Below, one piece after another: positions 39,743-50,700 of a stretch of DNA of 64,000 nucleotides (position 1 is the first letter of the stretch; every line of letters starts with the position of its first letter). A program made the translations under genes and the position numbers. This DNA comes from a virus. Taxonomy: Duplodnaviria > Caudoviricetes. Location of the stretch: the IMG/VR virus record IMGVR_UViG_3300021426_000063, positions 169,104-233,103 of that record; one strand, written 5' to 3'. The notes below the pieces were generated by a model that saw nothing but the letters and a program-made list of their open reading frames with translations, was not told the DNA's origin and did no database searches.

Positions 39743-41441
39743 TGTTTATTTGTTCCTTTCTCTTTTTAAGATTCTCATTCATCCTCTCCCTGTCTTCATC
39801 ATCCAGTTCATTGGATTCAGCAATGTATCTTTTCAGACTTCCCAGTGTGATTGGTTTGATATATAACTTCTTCAAGTTACTGTTTACTTCTTTAAGGAGT
39901 TCTTTCCTGGTTATCTTTGTACTTTTATTCAATACTTTATCAACCAATATGAGTTTGATTTCCTTTTTGAAACATCTTGATAGTTGTGATTTCATTCTGT
40001 CCTCATTTGAGTAAGAGAAGTTATTGATGTTGTTGATTGCATACTGGAATGCAGAGTTGAATGCTTTCCTGAAATCATTTGTTGAGAACACAGATATGTT
40101 TGTTGTATCAGGCCAGATACCACCATACTTTTCATTTTTGTTCTTGAACATCTGGTGAACAATATTGTATATCTCTGATTTGAACACATTGAACTCTTCA
40201 TGGGACATCTTGTTGATGTCTTCCTTACTTCTGTAACCATATCTCTTGAATGTTTCAAGGGTTATATGTCTGGTACAGTTGATAACATAAGTGTTTCTTG
40301 ATTCACCAAAATCTTCTGTCTTGGTGAGTTTCCTTTCTACCTTTTCAAGTGGTTTGATCTCTGACACATCCTCTGCATCATTAATCTTCATCATCTTCTT
40401 CACATTCACCTTTTCAACAAGAGGATCCAACAGTTCAGATAATCCATTATACCATTCTTGAAGAGTTGGTGCATCACCGTAATACAATCTCCTTGCTTCC
40501 TTTGAAGAAAATAGATTCCACATCTCATCATCTGAATAATACTTGATTTCTCCATGTGAGTAATAAGGCATCTTCAGTTCCAGTTCATAGATGCCGGCAA
40601 GTGCAGACATAGGGTTCTTTGCTTTCCAGAAGGTGTAGTTCCTATCACCAAACTTTCTTCTTGAATTTATTTCACAAAGAGCAAGAGTGTATTTTCTATA
40701 TTGAATACCAATAGGTGATATTTCAGTGAAGTCTATCTTCCTGTAATCAAGTTCCCTGTTCTTGTTTGTGTCATTGTTCAGTTCATTGGTGATGTTAGTG
40801 ACAACCTCATTGTTGATGTCTTTGTATTGTAGATCCTGGATCAACCATTGAAGTTGGATATGTTTTGACTGATGATTGAAGATATAGAAATCAGGAAGTG
40901 AATTATACTTTGCAAACAGAAGGAGAAGGTTGTTGACATCTTCTTTGTTATCTGGTTTTGTACAATCCACATCAATATCCATCACCACAAGGTTTCTCAC
41001 ATCCCGTGTATATCCAGTTCCAATAGCAGTATAATCTCTGTGTTCATAACATAGGTCAAGGAAGTTTTCAATCCCTTTGTTCTTCATTTCTCCTTGTGTG
41101 ATTCTGAATGAAGGATCATTCTTGGTCTTGGAGATGTCATTACTCTTTACAGAATAATCAACAAGGACTTTGACATATGTTGGTACACTGTTCCTGTACA
41201 TTGCTCTTTTAGGGTCTACAAAATAAGCATTGGATTCATCTGACTTATATGCCAGGAAGAATCCATTATCCCTTCTGAGATATACAGGTTTGAAAGTATA
41301 ATCCTTGAATGATTCATCTGTCCATCTTGGGTCTACCATCTTGAATGTCCAAGTGGAATGATCCCTCTTTGATGGTTTGAACACCTTGATTTGATAGATG
41401 TCATTATTGTTCTTTATTATATCTTTTAGTGTTTTAGCCAT
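39726..41441 (-). CDS. AEP-superfamily protein resembling ColE2-type plasmid replicase (Rep-primase)
   Basis: VVMDIDVD, NHQSKHIQLQW, GDRNYTFWKAKNP, PriCT-like GESRNTY, basic C-terminal HTH-like region. Confidence 0.55.
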   Translation of the reverse strand: MAKTLKDIIKNNNDIYQIKVFKPSKRDHSTWTFKMVDPRWTDESFKDYTFKPVYLRRDNGFFLAYKSDESNAYFVDPKRAMYRNSVPTYVKVLVDYSVKSNDISKTKNDPSFRITQGEMKNKGIENFLDLCYEHRDYTAIGTGYTRDVRNLVVMDIDVDCTKPDNKEDVNNLLLLFAKYNSLPDFYIFNHQSKHIQLQWLIQDLQYKDINNEVVTNITNELNNDTNKNRELDYRKIDFTEISPIGIQYRKYTLALCEINSRRKFGDRNYTFWKAKNPMSALAGIYELELKMPYYSHGEIKYYSDDEMWNLFSSKEARRLYYGDAPTLQEWYNGLSELLDPLVEKVNVKKMMKINDAEDVSEIKPLEKVERKLTKTEDFGESRNTYVINCTRHITLETFKRYGYRSKEDINKMSHEEFNVFKSEIYNIVHQMFKNKNEKYGGIWPDTTNISVFSTNDFRKAFNSAFQYAINNINNFSYSNEDRMKSQLSRCFKKEIKLILVDKVLNKSTKITRKELLKEVNSNLKKLYIKPITLGSLKRYIAESNELDDEDRERMNENLKKRKEQINKRRSA

Positions 41442-41479
41442 AAATATTTTGTAAGTTGTATTAAAAATAACAATAATTT

Positions 41480-41743
41480 ATGAGAAAATTAGGAGAAATT
41501 TTGAATGAGAATGTAAATCCTAATCCAAATAACTGGCCTGATGTAAAGACTCTTGGTGATGGTGAATATGATGGTGCTCTCTGGGGACATTGCTTTGTAT
41601 ATGAAGGAAAGAAGTACTATTCAGAGTGTGGATGGAAGAACATATACCCAAGTTATTGTAAGATGGTTATTGAGAATGGTAAAGCCTGGGCACACCAAGT
41701 TGATATTTATCAGAGACCAAAACTAAAAGAATTGTTTGATTAA
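41480..41743 (+). CDS. Hypothetical protein (87 aa) with a capsid-targeting-like N-terminus
   Basis: MRKLGEILNE; late promoter at 41439. Confidence 0.6.
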   Translation: MRKLGEILNENVNPNPNNWPDVKTLGDGEYDGALWGHCFVYEGKKYYSECGWKNIYPSYCKMVIENGKAWAHQVDIYQRPKLKELFD

Positions 41744-42312
41744 TGGATAAGTATAATATACTTGAATGGTCAGACCATTTTGAAAAGAATAATGGAGTGG
41801 TTGACCCAAAGAGAGACTTCCTGGAGAGCAACAGTATAGTACTTTATCCGGGAAGATTCTATGTCTTGGAGTATTTTGCAAAGACTAAAGATATGTATAA
41901 TACAAGACCTGTCATCATCAGTATGGGTATAAGTAAGAAAGAACCAGATTCATTCCTTTGTGTTGATTTGTGTGTTATGCCTATCCAGGTCCGCAGGAGA
42001 TTCATTGAGATGTACTTTAATATCTTCAAGAGAGAGATAATGGATAATATGGACAAACATTTCTTTGTTGATGATGCAGACAAACAATCTTGGATGAGAA
42101 GTTTCAGTTATGAGAATCTTTGTAAGTCAATGCAGATGTTACCAATCAAGAATGCAATTAAGAGGTATAAGATTGAGAACACAAGGAAGATTTATTCACT
42201 TCCATTCAGTGGTGTATATAAGGTGATAGGAAGATATTGTGATGAAGATTATTATGTGAATGGACATCTAAAAGATATACAGTTGGAGTTCATTAATAAG
42301 ATGAGGAAGTAA
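41743..42312 (+). CDS. T4 gp2-like DNA end protector protein
   Basis: YPGRFYVLEYFAKTK...PVII...DLCVMP...AIKRY resembles the gp2 pattern PGRxYxFxYDAKxK...PLI...NLHYLP...IKRY. Confidence 0.6.
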   Translation: MDKYNILEWSDHFEKNNGVVDPKRDFLESNSIVLYPGRFYVLEYFAKTKDMYNTRPVIISMGISKKEPDSFLCVDLCVMPIQVRRRFIEMYFNIFKREIMDNMDKHFFVDDADKQSWMRSFSYENLCKSMQMLPIKNAIKRYKIENTRKIYSLPFSGVYKVIGRYCDEDYYVNGHLKDIQLEFINKMRK

Positions 42313-42329
42313 TTTGTTATATTTAGTAT

Positions 42330-42611
42330 ATGACACTTGAAGAATTAAAAACAGAATTTAAAATCCAGGGGTTTAAGATTGAAGGAAACTCATTTATACA
42401 TGAGTTTGAAGACCCAAATACAATTATCAATGGTGTTCATCCAAAGAAGAGATTTGAGATGGAATATGTATGTGAGGGATGTATGAGGGATGCTGGTGAT
42501 TCAGATGATGGAGAACCAATCTATCAGTTTGATATACTTGGTCAGAACAGAGAACCAGTGGTTACTATCTGTTTTGGAAGTTTTGAAGAATTCACAAGAC
42601 TTGTAGGATGA
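42330..42611 (+). CDS. Hypothetical protein (93 aa)
   Basis: ATG 4 nt after TTTGTTATATTTA (42313). Confidence 0.65.
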   Translation: MTLEELKTEFKIQGFKIEGNSFIHEFEDPNTIINGVHPKKRFEMEYVCEGCMRDAGDSDDGEPIYQFDILGQNREPVVTICFGSFEEFTRLVG

Positions 42612-42823
42612 AAAGGATAGGAAGATTTATAAAAGCATTATGGAGATATATCAGGTATGGTAAGAGAGTTTCATTTGATGAATATGTTACCAGACTGAAT
42701 GATTGTAGATACTGTCTCCATAATGATACTGAAAAATGGATATGTAAGAAATGTGGTTGCTATATCATCAAGAAGTGTAAAATGTCCACAGAAGAATGTC
42801 CTGTAGGAAGATGGTTGGTGTAA
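42608..42823 (+). CDS. Small Cys-rich protein (DUF6171-like)
   Basis: RLNDCRYC...CKKCGC...CPVGRW; ATGA overlap with the upstream gene. Confidence 0.55.
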   Translation: MKRIGRFIKALWRYIRYGKRVSFDEYVTRLNDCRYCLHNDTEKWICKKCGCYIIKKCKMSTEECPVGRWLV

Positions 42824-42869
42824 ATCACATCAACCATTTTTCATAAATACCATATAATAGTATATACTT

Positions 42870-44942
42870 ATGAATAATATAAAGAGTTTTAATGAGTACA
42901 CTGGACAGGAACTTGAACAAATAGTTTATGATCAGGAACTTAATGAAGGAATAATGGGTAAAGGAATCAGAGGATTCTTCAACAAGAGTGCTGCCAGGAA
43001 GGTAAGGGCAGAACTTGCTGATGAGATTGAGATGAGTAAATCCATTATGGATGGAATCAAGGAAGGTCTTGAAGCAATGAATGATGATTTTGATGCAATC
43101 AAGAAAAGTCTTGATGATTCTGATGAGAATGATAAGAAGAAGGGTGATAAGCAGAAGTTACTTGAAGAAATCACAAAGATTCTTGAAAATTCAAGGAAGA
43201 ATACTTGGGACTTGAATGAACTCATTGATGAAGGTGAGATTGATTATACAGGTTTCACTGCCAATATTGGTATTGCTACTGTTGCTAACTTTGGTGTCCT
43301 CTTTACACCATTCAGGTCAATGGTTATGATTCATAAGGGATATAGGTATTTCTTCAATATTATAAAGAATACTGTGAGAAAATCTCTTGTAATGTTACAG
43401 GTGAATTTTGATCAGTTTGAAAATCTTATTGTAACCCAGAGTTTAAGATGTGCTGGTGTTATTACTGCAACTGATACAAGTGGAGATATTGGTGAGTTCT
43501 ATGGAAATATCTGTGCTCAGATTGCAGAAAACAAATCAATGAGTAAAAAGCAGCTTGAAAAAGTAAAGACTTTGTTAAATGCAGCAAAAAACAAGTTTGA
43601 TCAGCAGGTAAAGGCTGATAAGTTGAAAGATACTGCTGAAAATTTGTATAACAATCTTGATCCATATAACAACACATATACAAAATCTCTTGAAGTGTTG
43701 AGGCAGTATTCTGGTGATGATGTACAGAAGCATCTTGATGCAATCAAGACATCTATGAATAAACTTGCTGGTCAGGATGTAGACCTTCAGACATATGCAG
43801 AACTTATCATTGCTGCTGCTGAGGAGCATGCTTATGAAGTATCTTCTTCAATTTATAATAAGTTTGCAAAGATGACAGAGGTGTTCAGTCTTCCTAATCA
43901 GCAGAAACTTATTGATTTGATTCTTGCTGCTAATAAAGAAGATAAAGCTGCTGCCAAGAAGTTGAGGGATGAAAAGAAAGCAGAAAAGTTAGAGCAAGAA
44001 AAATCTGAAAAGGAAGAAAAGTGTACAGAAATATTTGAAAAGATTGAAGGTACAAAACTTGGTGAACTTGATAATGAAACAAATAAATATGATGAATCAA
44101 AAATCAAGGCAGACAAGTGGACATATGAAGAGTTTAGTAAATTGGATGAGGATGACCAGGATTTGTTTGGTTCTTGGTTAGACTGTCATAGTGAAGTACT
44201 GAAAAAGTGTGATGAAACTCTTTGGGTGTATATAACAACACCACCATCACAGAATAGAAATACATCATACATTGATTCATTGATTGATTATATCGGACCA
44301 TGTCTTCTCCCATTGGAAGAATCAAGTAGTGTACATATTCTCAACTTTGATGAATATGTTAATGAAAGTACTGAATATAAATTATCAAAGAAAGAAACAG
44401 ATGATCTTGATAAAAAATATGATGACCTTGGTTCAAAAACTAGTTTTGAAAATTTGTTAAATATAATTTTTGATGAGGAAATTGAAGATTTTGATTCTCT
44501 TGAATTAACAGATGAAATAGAAGCAAGGTATTATTATATAATGTCTAAATGTGATGAAGATGAACTTGAAGAAGAATTGAGTAAACTTAAAGCTTTCAAA
44601 AAAGGTATAGATAAAAAGAATAAGTTCAACATTAATTTTGATAGTATTGATGATAATCAGATTAGTGACCTTAAAGAGTTATATGAAAATAAGGATGTTG
44701 CAATTGTAGCTCTTAAAGCAATTGGTAAAAAGGTTCTTAAAGATACAACATTTACCAAAAATAGTAAAGTTATAGTTGAAAATATAAACAAATGCTTTGA
44801 AAAGGGTAAGTGTAGAGTTTCATTAATGACATATATTTTACTTGCAAATGCTTTGAAAGATTTGAAGCAATTGAGAAATAATGATTATGCTGAAATTGAA
44901 CAAGAAGCAGATAATGAAGAAAAGAAAAAGAGTGAGAAATAA
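42870..44942 (+). CDS. Helical acidic protein, probable internal head protein (690 aa)
   Basis: N-terminal IKSFNEY...LNEG and internal ILNFDEYVNES motifs; late promoter at 42842. Confidence 0.6.
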   Translation: MNNIKSFNEYTGQELEQIVYDQELNEGIMGKGIRGFFNKSAARKVRAELADEIEMSKSIMDGIKEGLEAMNDDFDAIKKSLDDSDENDKKKGDKQKLLEEITKILENSRKNTWDLNELIDEGEIDYTGFTANIGIATVANFGVLFTPFRSMVMIHKGYRYFFNIIKNTVRKSLVMLQVNFDQFENLIVTQSLRCAGVITATDTSGDIGEFYGNICAQIAENKSMSKKQLEKVKTLLNAAKNKFDQQVKADKLKDTAENLYNNLDPYNNTYTKSLEVLRQYSGDDVQKHLDAIKTSMNKLAGQDVDLQTYAELIIAAAEEHAYEVSSSIYNKFAKMTEVFSLPNQQKLIDLILAANKEDKAAAKKLRDEKKAEKLEQEKSEKEEKCTEIFEKIEGTKLGELDNETNKYDESKIKADKWTYEEFSKLDEDDQDLFGSWLDCHSEVLKKCDETLWVYITTPPSQNRNTSYIDSLIDYIGPCLLPLEESSSVHILNFDEYVNESTEYKLSKKETDDLDKKYDDLGSKTSFENLLNIIFDEEIEDFDSLELTDEIEARYYYIMSKCDEDELEEELSKLKAFKKGIDKKNKFNINFDSIDDNQISDLKELYENKDVAIVALKAIGKKVLKDTTFTKNSKVIVENINKCFEKGKCRVSLMTYILLANALKDLKQLRNNDYAEIEQEADNEEKKKSEK

Positions 44943-44955
44943 TCTCACTCTTTTT
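44925..44955. terminator. Bidirectional terminator
   Basis: AAAAAGAGTGAGA-aataa-TCTCACTCTTTTT. Confidence 0.8.
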
Positions 44956-45683
44956 TATTTTATATCAAACATATCTTTCAGTTTCTTCACAAATTCTGGG
45001 TGTCTCATACTTGAATTATAGAAACCTACCCATCTACAATTGTTCCAGAAGGTCTCACCACATGTACAATGGAATTCATCAAAGTTTGGTACTCCTCTTT
45101 CATTTATGAAGTTATAGTACAGATCATAGATGGTGATACCTGTTTCAGTCTGGTAAGGAAATTTGTTACACATCTTGATGAACTTGTGTTTGTTCAATGG
45201 GCTTGGGATGTGTGGATTGAAGAACCTACAACCAATACCATTTCTGGGGAATCTGCTGAAACATTTAATCAGTCTCTTATACCAGATCCTGTTCTTTGCC
45301 ATATTCATAAACCAAGGTATTGTAGATTCATTATAGATTCTCATATATCTTGGTGTGGTATCAGACCATTCAGTGTCTTTGGTGATGAACTGGTCGTCAC
45401 TCCACATTATAAAATCATCAGTCAGGTCTGGTACTTTCTCAATGGCTGCTCTTACCTTCTCAATAATATTTGCATCTTTGTCATGTCCATAGATATCATC
45501 CTGGTAAATCCAGATAATGTCATCCCCAAGTTCTTTGATTGGTTCAATCTGTGTGACAATGATGATTCTGTTAAGACATTTGAAATATTTCTTGATACTT
45601 GCAACAGCAACCTTGATTTCAAAGTTATCATTATTGAAACTTTTTACTCCAAGTGGAATTACAACATCATGCTTATTTTCCAT
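44955..45683 (-). CDS. Stealth-family-like sugar-phosphate transferase
   Basis: EIKVAVASIKKY...RIIIV and DDFIMWSDDQF (CR2-like); HIPSPLNK (CR3-like). Confidence 0.55.
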   Translation of the reverse strand: MENKHDVVIPLGVKSFNNDNFEIKVAVASIKKYFKCLNRIIIVTQIEPIKELGDDIIWIYQDDIYGHDKDANIIEKVRAAIEKVPDLTDDFIMWSDDQFITKDTEWSDTTPRYMRIYNESTIPWFMNMAKNRIWYKRLIKCFSRFPRNGIGCRFFNPHIPSPLNKHKFIKMCNKFPYQTETGITIYDLYYNFINERGVPNFDEFHCTCGETFWNNCRWVGFYNSSMRHPEFVKKLKDMFDIK

Positions 45684-45731
45684 AGAATACTATATTTAGC
45701 ATAAATAATATATAAATATTTATGTTCAGAT

Positions 45732-45968
45732 ATGGCAGCAAATAATGAATCAACAACATCAAATGTAGTTTCCAGGCTTGGATCTGTTTCAAAAAGGAAT
45801 GAGATTTTGGCCAAGCAAGATGCAAACCGTAAGGAAGAGTTTGAGTCTTTGAGAAACAAGATGTCAGCTGCTGCACCAAAGATGGGAAGAGAGATTCTTA
45901 TGACAGCTGAACTATATGACTCCAATATATTAAAGGGAGACCAGGAAGCAAGAAAGGAGAAGATTTAA
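45732..45968 (+). CDS. Hypothetical protein (78 aa)
   Basis: CATAAATA at 45700; terminator at its 3' end. Confidence 0.6.
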   Translation: MAANNESTTSNVVSRLGSVSKRNEILAKQDANRKEEFESLRNKMSAAAPKMGREILMTAELYDSNILKGDQEARKEKI

Positions 45969-45980
45969 GTCTTCTCCTTT
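45953..45980. terminator. Bidirectional terminator
   Basis: AAAGGAGAAGA-tttaag-TCTTCTCCTTT. Confidence 0.7.
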
Positions 45981-45983
45981 TCA

Positions 45984-46439
45984 TTATATCAGTTGTTGAG
46001 ATATTATCTCCAGTTTATTTCGTACCGCAAATCCAAAGTTGTCCAATGTCTTCACACATTCTTCAAAGTACATTATCTGTGTCTTTATCATATTGACCTG
46101 TTGTTTGATTGCAATACAGTCTGCACTTACAAAGGCATTCTTTTCTGCACTACTGAGCTTGATGTCATAACTTAAACAATAATCCCTGAACCTTGCTGTT
46201 GTCTGTGTCTCCAACATTCCTTGTCTCTTGTCGAGGAGGATCCTGTATGCTGCTAACTTTTCCTGGACCTGTTGCCTATATGATAACTGAAAGACCTGGG
46301 CTTCTGAAAGTTTCTTGTTATCCTTCATCATACTGATGAGTTCAATAACCTTATCCCTCCATTCTTCCCTTTCCTTCTTCAATTCATCTTCCAGTTTGGC
46401 ATTCTGTTCAACAGTCTTCTTGTCATCTAATGGTTTCAT
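45984..46439 (-). CDS. uvsY: UvsY-like recombination mediator
   Basis: 151-aa helical protein; IKLSSAEKNAFVSAD...FEECVKTLDNFGFAVRNKLE matches the UvsY C-terminal pattern. Confidence 0.6.
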   Translation of the reverse strand: MKPLDDKKTVEQNAKLEDELKKEREEWRDKVIELISMMKDNKKLSEAQVFQLSYRQQVQEKLAAYRILLDKRQGMLETQTTARFRDYCLSYDIKLSSAEKNAFVSADCIAIKQQVNMIKTQIMYFEECVKTLDNFGFAVRNKLEIISQQLI

Positions 46440-46585
46440 AGGGTAATCTGTTTATCCTTTAATTCCTTTAACTCTTCTTCGAGTCTTTCATCAGGTTCAA
46501 ACTTGGCAATGAGTTTCAGTTTCTTATTTCGGGTTTCCAAGTCTTTCTGATAAATTTCAAATTCTTTATTTATCTTATCTCCCAT
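46436..46585 (-). CDS. Small ORF not in the track (49 aa, MGDKINKEFEIYQKDLETRNKK...KQITL)
   Basis: ATG 6 nt after the promoter at 46592; TGA overlaps the UvsY ATG (ATGA). Confidence 0.65.
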   Translation of the reverse strand: MGDKINKEFEIYQKDLETRNKKLKLIAKFEPDERLEEELKELKDKQITL

Positions 46586-46620
46586 ATAAACTAAATATAA
46601 CAAAATTGGCAGGAATGTGG

Positions 46621-46779
46621 TTAATCCTGCCAGTCTTGTAGTTTAATTTTCTTTAATAATCTTCTCAATGAAGGTGTGTAGAATGCAAATCCCTTGGGTC
46701 CTTTGTTGTCTTTGTCTTTCAACATTGAAGGAACATAATGGGAGTTCTTCAATTTCTTTTTCTTATTCAGTGATACCAT
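46621..46779 (-). CDS. Small basic ORF not in the track (52 aa, MVSLNKKKKLKNSHYVPSM...KIKLQDWQD)
   Basis: ATG 4 nt after the promoter at 46784; terminator hairpin TGGCAGGA...TCCTGCCA at 46607-46632. Confidence 0.6.
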   Translation of the reverse strand: MVSLNKKKKLKNSHYVPSMLKDKDNKGPKGFAFYTPSLRRLLKKIKLQDWQD

Positions 46780-46796
46780 ATATTAAATATAACAAA

Positions 46797-47684
46797 TTAA
46801 AGAGAGAGAATCATATCTATAAGATTTGGTTGTGGAGATAAATCAAATTTATCACGTCTCACATTTGCATGGGTAATCATACCTTTAACTTTTCCATCAT
46901 AGGCATCCTGGTGGAATTCAAATGCCTTGTCAGCACCTTCATCTTTTATCCACTGATAGATTCCTTTATGTAAATCAATATTGTCTCTGTTAGCAATATA
47001 CAACAACAAAGAGTATAATGCCTTCAACTGGTTATCTGAATACCTGTGCCATGTATAATAACCTCTGAATGCTTCTTTGAGTCTCACAATCTGGTCTGCT
47101 CTGACAGGAGTGTTCACATAAGTGAGACCATTCTTTACATATCCCATATTGCAGAGTTCAATACCAACTGAATGTGAGTTCATATATGATGAACCAGATT
47201 TGCCAATATGATAACCCTGGTTTCCTTCTGGATAAGATCTGATTACTTTTCCATCATATATACTCCTTCCATCAGAACTTCTCTGACCACCGATGACAAA
47301 CTCTGTTGCCACTCTTCCAAGTGTATCTTTTGCCCAGCAGTCAACAACTGCCTTTGGGTTATCATGTCCTGCTGTATGATGTAGGACAATATAATCATTC
47401 AAATATTTACCATTTAAATATTCCTTCTTTGGGAGGAAATAATCTTCAATGTCAATGAGAGATACTGGTTCAATTATAGGACTCAAATCTGTATCAAACT
47501 GTGGCATAAGTTTTTCAATGGTTTTCTTACCTACAACACCATCTGCAAAGAGACCATTTTCCTTCTGGAATTTCTTTACTGCTGCTTCAGTACCCCTTCC
47601 AAAAACACCATCAGCCTTAAGACCAAGTGCCTTTTGAATCTGCTTGATTTCATCTCCCCTACTACCAATTTTGTAAACAGCCAT
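46797..47684 (-). CDS. Endolysin: PG-binding domain + N-acetylmuramoyl-L-alanine amidase (Amidase_2)
   Basis: GSRGDEIKQIQ..ADGVFG..TEAAVKKFQ..DGVVGKKT; IVLHHTAG, SVGIELCN, THANVRRDKFD; late promoter at - 47712. Confidence 0.85.
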   Translation of the reverse strand: MAVYKIGSRGDEIKQIQKALGLKADGVFGRGTEAAVKKFQKENGLFADGVVGKKTIEKLMPQFDTDLSPIIEPVSLIDIEDYFLPKKEYLNGKYLNDYIVLHHTAGHDNPKAVVDCWAKDTLGRVATEFVIGGQRSSDGRSIYDGKVIRSYPEGNQGYHIGKSGSSYMNSHSVGIELCNMGYVKNGLTYVNTPVRADQIVRLKEAFRGYYTWHRYSDNQLKALYSLLLYIANRDNIDLHKGIYQWIKDEGADKAFEFHQDAYDGKVKGMITHANVRRDKFDLSPQPNLIDMILSL

Positions 47685-47771
47685 AAGTTTAGAAATTTTA
47701 ATTGTATAAATTATTTATGAGGTATTCACCATAAATACATTATATATAGTGTTTAATAAAAATAGACATTT

Positions 47772-50700
47772 ATGACAAAGATTAAAAACTCTTTAAGTAC
47801 CTATTTGGAACAGGCAATTGTTATGACTGGAAACAGTCTTGAAACAATGGATAAAATAAGTGATGCAGTGTCATCATCAGAGGATAGTGTCAAGCTTATC
47901 CTCACTGATCCAAATGATCCAAAGAAATCTGTGGAGTATATCATTCCATCATTTGGATATTTGAAATCAGAGATAGACAGACTGTCTGCAAGTATCAACA
48001 CAATGACCAACATCACTGATGGTGCTGGTAGTAGAATCAGATTGTCTGATGGTTCATATAGAAAGATTATTGCAAGTAAGGTTCCAAGTGAGGCACCAAC
48101 CATCACCCAGGTTGACAACATAACAAATTTCAATTTCAAGTCAAACTGGTTCTTTGAGGATATGCTTAATCCTTCACTTTACATCACCTGGGATTTATCA
48201 AGTCAGATAAATCCAGAGACAGAGAGGGTGATGATTCAGAGATACATCTTGAAGTGTGATACACAGGTAAAGATTGATGCTTTCAATAAAGACATCAAAG
48301 GAAGAAATGATATTGATTATAAAGAGTTCCTTACCTTCCTTCTTAATAATAGGATTAAATACACTCTTGATGATGAGATTAAAGATCTTCCACCAAGAGC
48401 AAGAAGGTATTATGGTACATTCTCTGTAATCAGGATTGAGACAGAGAAAGACCTGAAAGGAATGACAGTGAAGAGATATATCCTTGACAGTCTTGAATTC
48501 ACTGATTCAAGAAGTGGATTTGAGAACACAAGGGTTCTTTCTGTTGGTGATTTTGTTGAGGTCAATTCAAATCCAACCACAACAAGATATGAAGTGATTT
48601 ATGTTGAGGCATCTGAAAACAAGGTTGGTCTCAAATGTATTGAAGGTTGTGAAGGTGTAAGGATTGGTGCTGATACATTGAAGATAAGTGCATCACAGGA
48701 TACACTTGTATCTGCTGATATTCCTATTGGATTTGATGAGAGGGAAGTAATCTTTGTTAAGTCTATTGACCCAGATTCAAATATCCCTTCAACAGTATGG
48801 TCTCCTGGTGTTGGTTTTTATAGTAATGAACTCACTTATGTTGATGAGAGTGGTGCAACACAGACTCTTCAGAAGTTCTATCAGAGAAATGTGGTTGACT
48901 TTGGTCAGGTATTGTTGTCATATGCCAATGACTATTATCCTTCAATCAGGGAAGGTATCATACCTAATGTACCAGTATTGAACTATGCTGGTGGTGAAGG
49001 TGACTTCAAGATTGTTCAGATTAACACTCAACTCACAGAGACAACAGATGCAGAGACATTCAGGAGTCTTGTTTCAGATAAGATAAAGATTCAGAGTGAG
49101 TTGGATAATGTTGCTAATGAGATTGAGAAACAGAAAGAGGCAATCCAGACAACACAGTATAAGTCAACAACAGATAAGTTGAAGGCCCAGGCAACACTCA
49201 AATCCCTTATTGATAGTCAGTCTGTACTTACATCAGATTATAACAGTAAGGTTAACAGTATCAAGGCGAGGGTCGAGTCTGGTAATTTAGTAACACCGAA
49301 GTATCGTGTCCGTGGTTTCTGGGATATTCCTGATTCAAAGATTAGTCCTTCATCCGGTGAACAGAAGATTATCAAGTTCAAAATCAGATACAGATATTTG
49401 AGTGAGTATGGTAATGCCAACAAGGAGGAAGAATTCACCTACACATCAGGTAATGCTACAGTCACAGGTAGGTTCTCAAACTGGAATGAGATTGAAACCA
49501 AGCTCAGGAAGAGAGTGAAGACTGATTCTGGTTGGGACTGGGCAAAGATAAACAATGCTGACCCAGATGAGGTTGACATCAATCAGTTGGATATTCCTAT
49601 CAATCCTGGTGAGCAGGTTGAGATCCAGGTGAAGTCTGTAAGTGAGGCTGGTTGGCCATCTAATCCATTGGAATCAGATTGGTCAGAACCTATTGTTGTT
49701 GCTTTCTCTGATTTTGCAGAGTTACAGGCGGATGATATTTCAGAGGTTATAGAGCAGAACAGGATTGATGCTGCTGTTGCCAATGTGACAAAGATGTTTA
49801 GTGGTACTGCTGCACATGCAAGTTCAAGTTTCTATACCAATGATAAGTACTTTGCTCACAGTGCAGAGAACATCACATCTGGTTTCTTGTCACCTGAACA
49901 GACACCTATCACATTGTTTGATAAACTCCAGGAACTCCAGAATCAGATTGATATGATCATTGAACAGATTAATAATACAGTTGGTGATTTGACAGTTACA
50001 TTGCAGGATGCATCTGATGAATCAAAGATTTATACACTCAATGAGGGTGGTACAACCTATATCAATGCTGGTGATTATCTTACAGCAATTGGTGGTGAAC
50101 TTATAAAACCTGATGATGAGCAACATCGTAATAGTAATAGTGGTTCAATTGTATCAAAGATTTATTATCTTAACATCACAACAGATTCAAAGTCTGGTTT
50201 ATTCCTTTTGAGTAAGTTGACAGGTAACAGATTGTCAATGTGTCCAAATACAACAGAGAGGACATCTAGTGTAGTTGGAGGTAATGATTATTACAATTAT
50301 GATAATGTTACAACTCATTCAAGTACAAGTGGTTCATATTATTATGAGCAGGGTAGATATGATTTGGTACCTATCAACTTAACAAATCCAGAGTATATTG
50401 ACTTCCAGGTTGGTTCTCCAACAATGTATCAGTCAGCACAGTGTAGAGGTCAGTTTGTTTATTCAAGATTTAGAAACATTGGTGATACATTTGATATGTA
50501 TGCCAACACAAGTAAGCATTATGCAAATCTTGATTCTGATTCTGAATTGGAAGAAGATCCAGATAATAGGACACCTTGGTTTAATCCAGATGCACAATTC
50601 CGTGAAGCAGAGGTTGTTTATAAAACTGATCAGTCAGTAAATTATGTTGAGGAATATAATACTATGACAGGTTCAGAAGTTACAACTACAGATGATTCTG

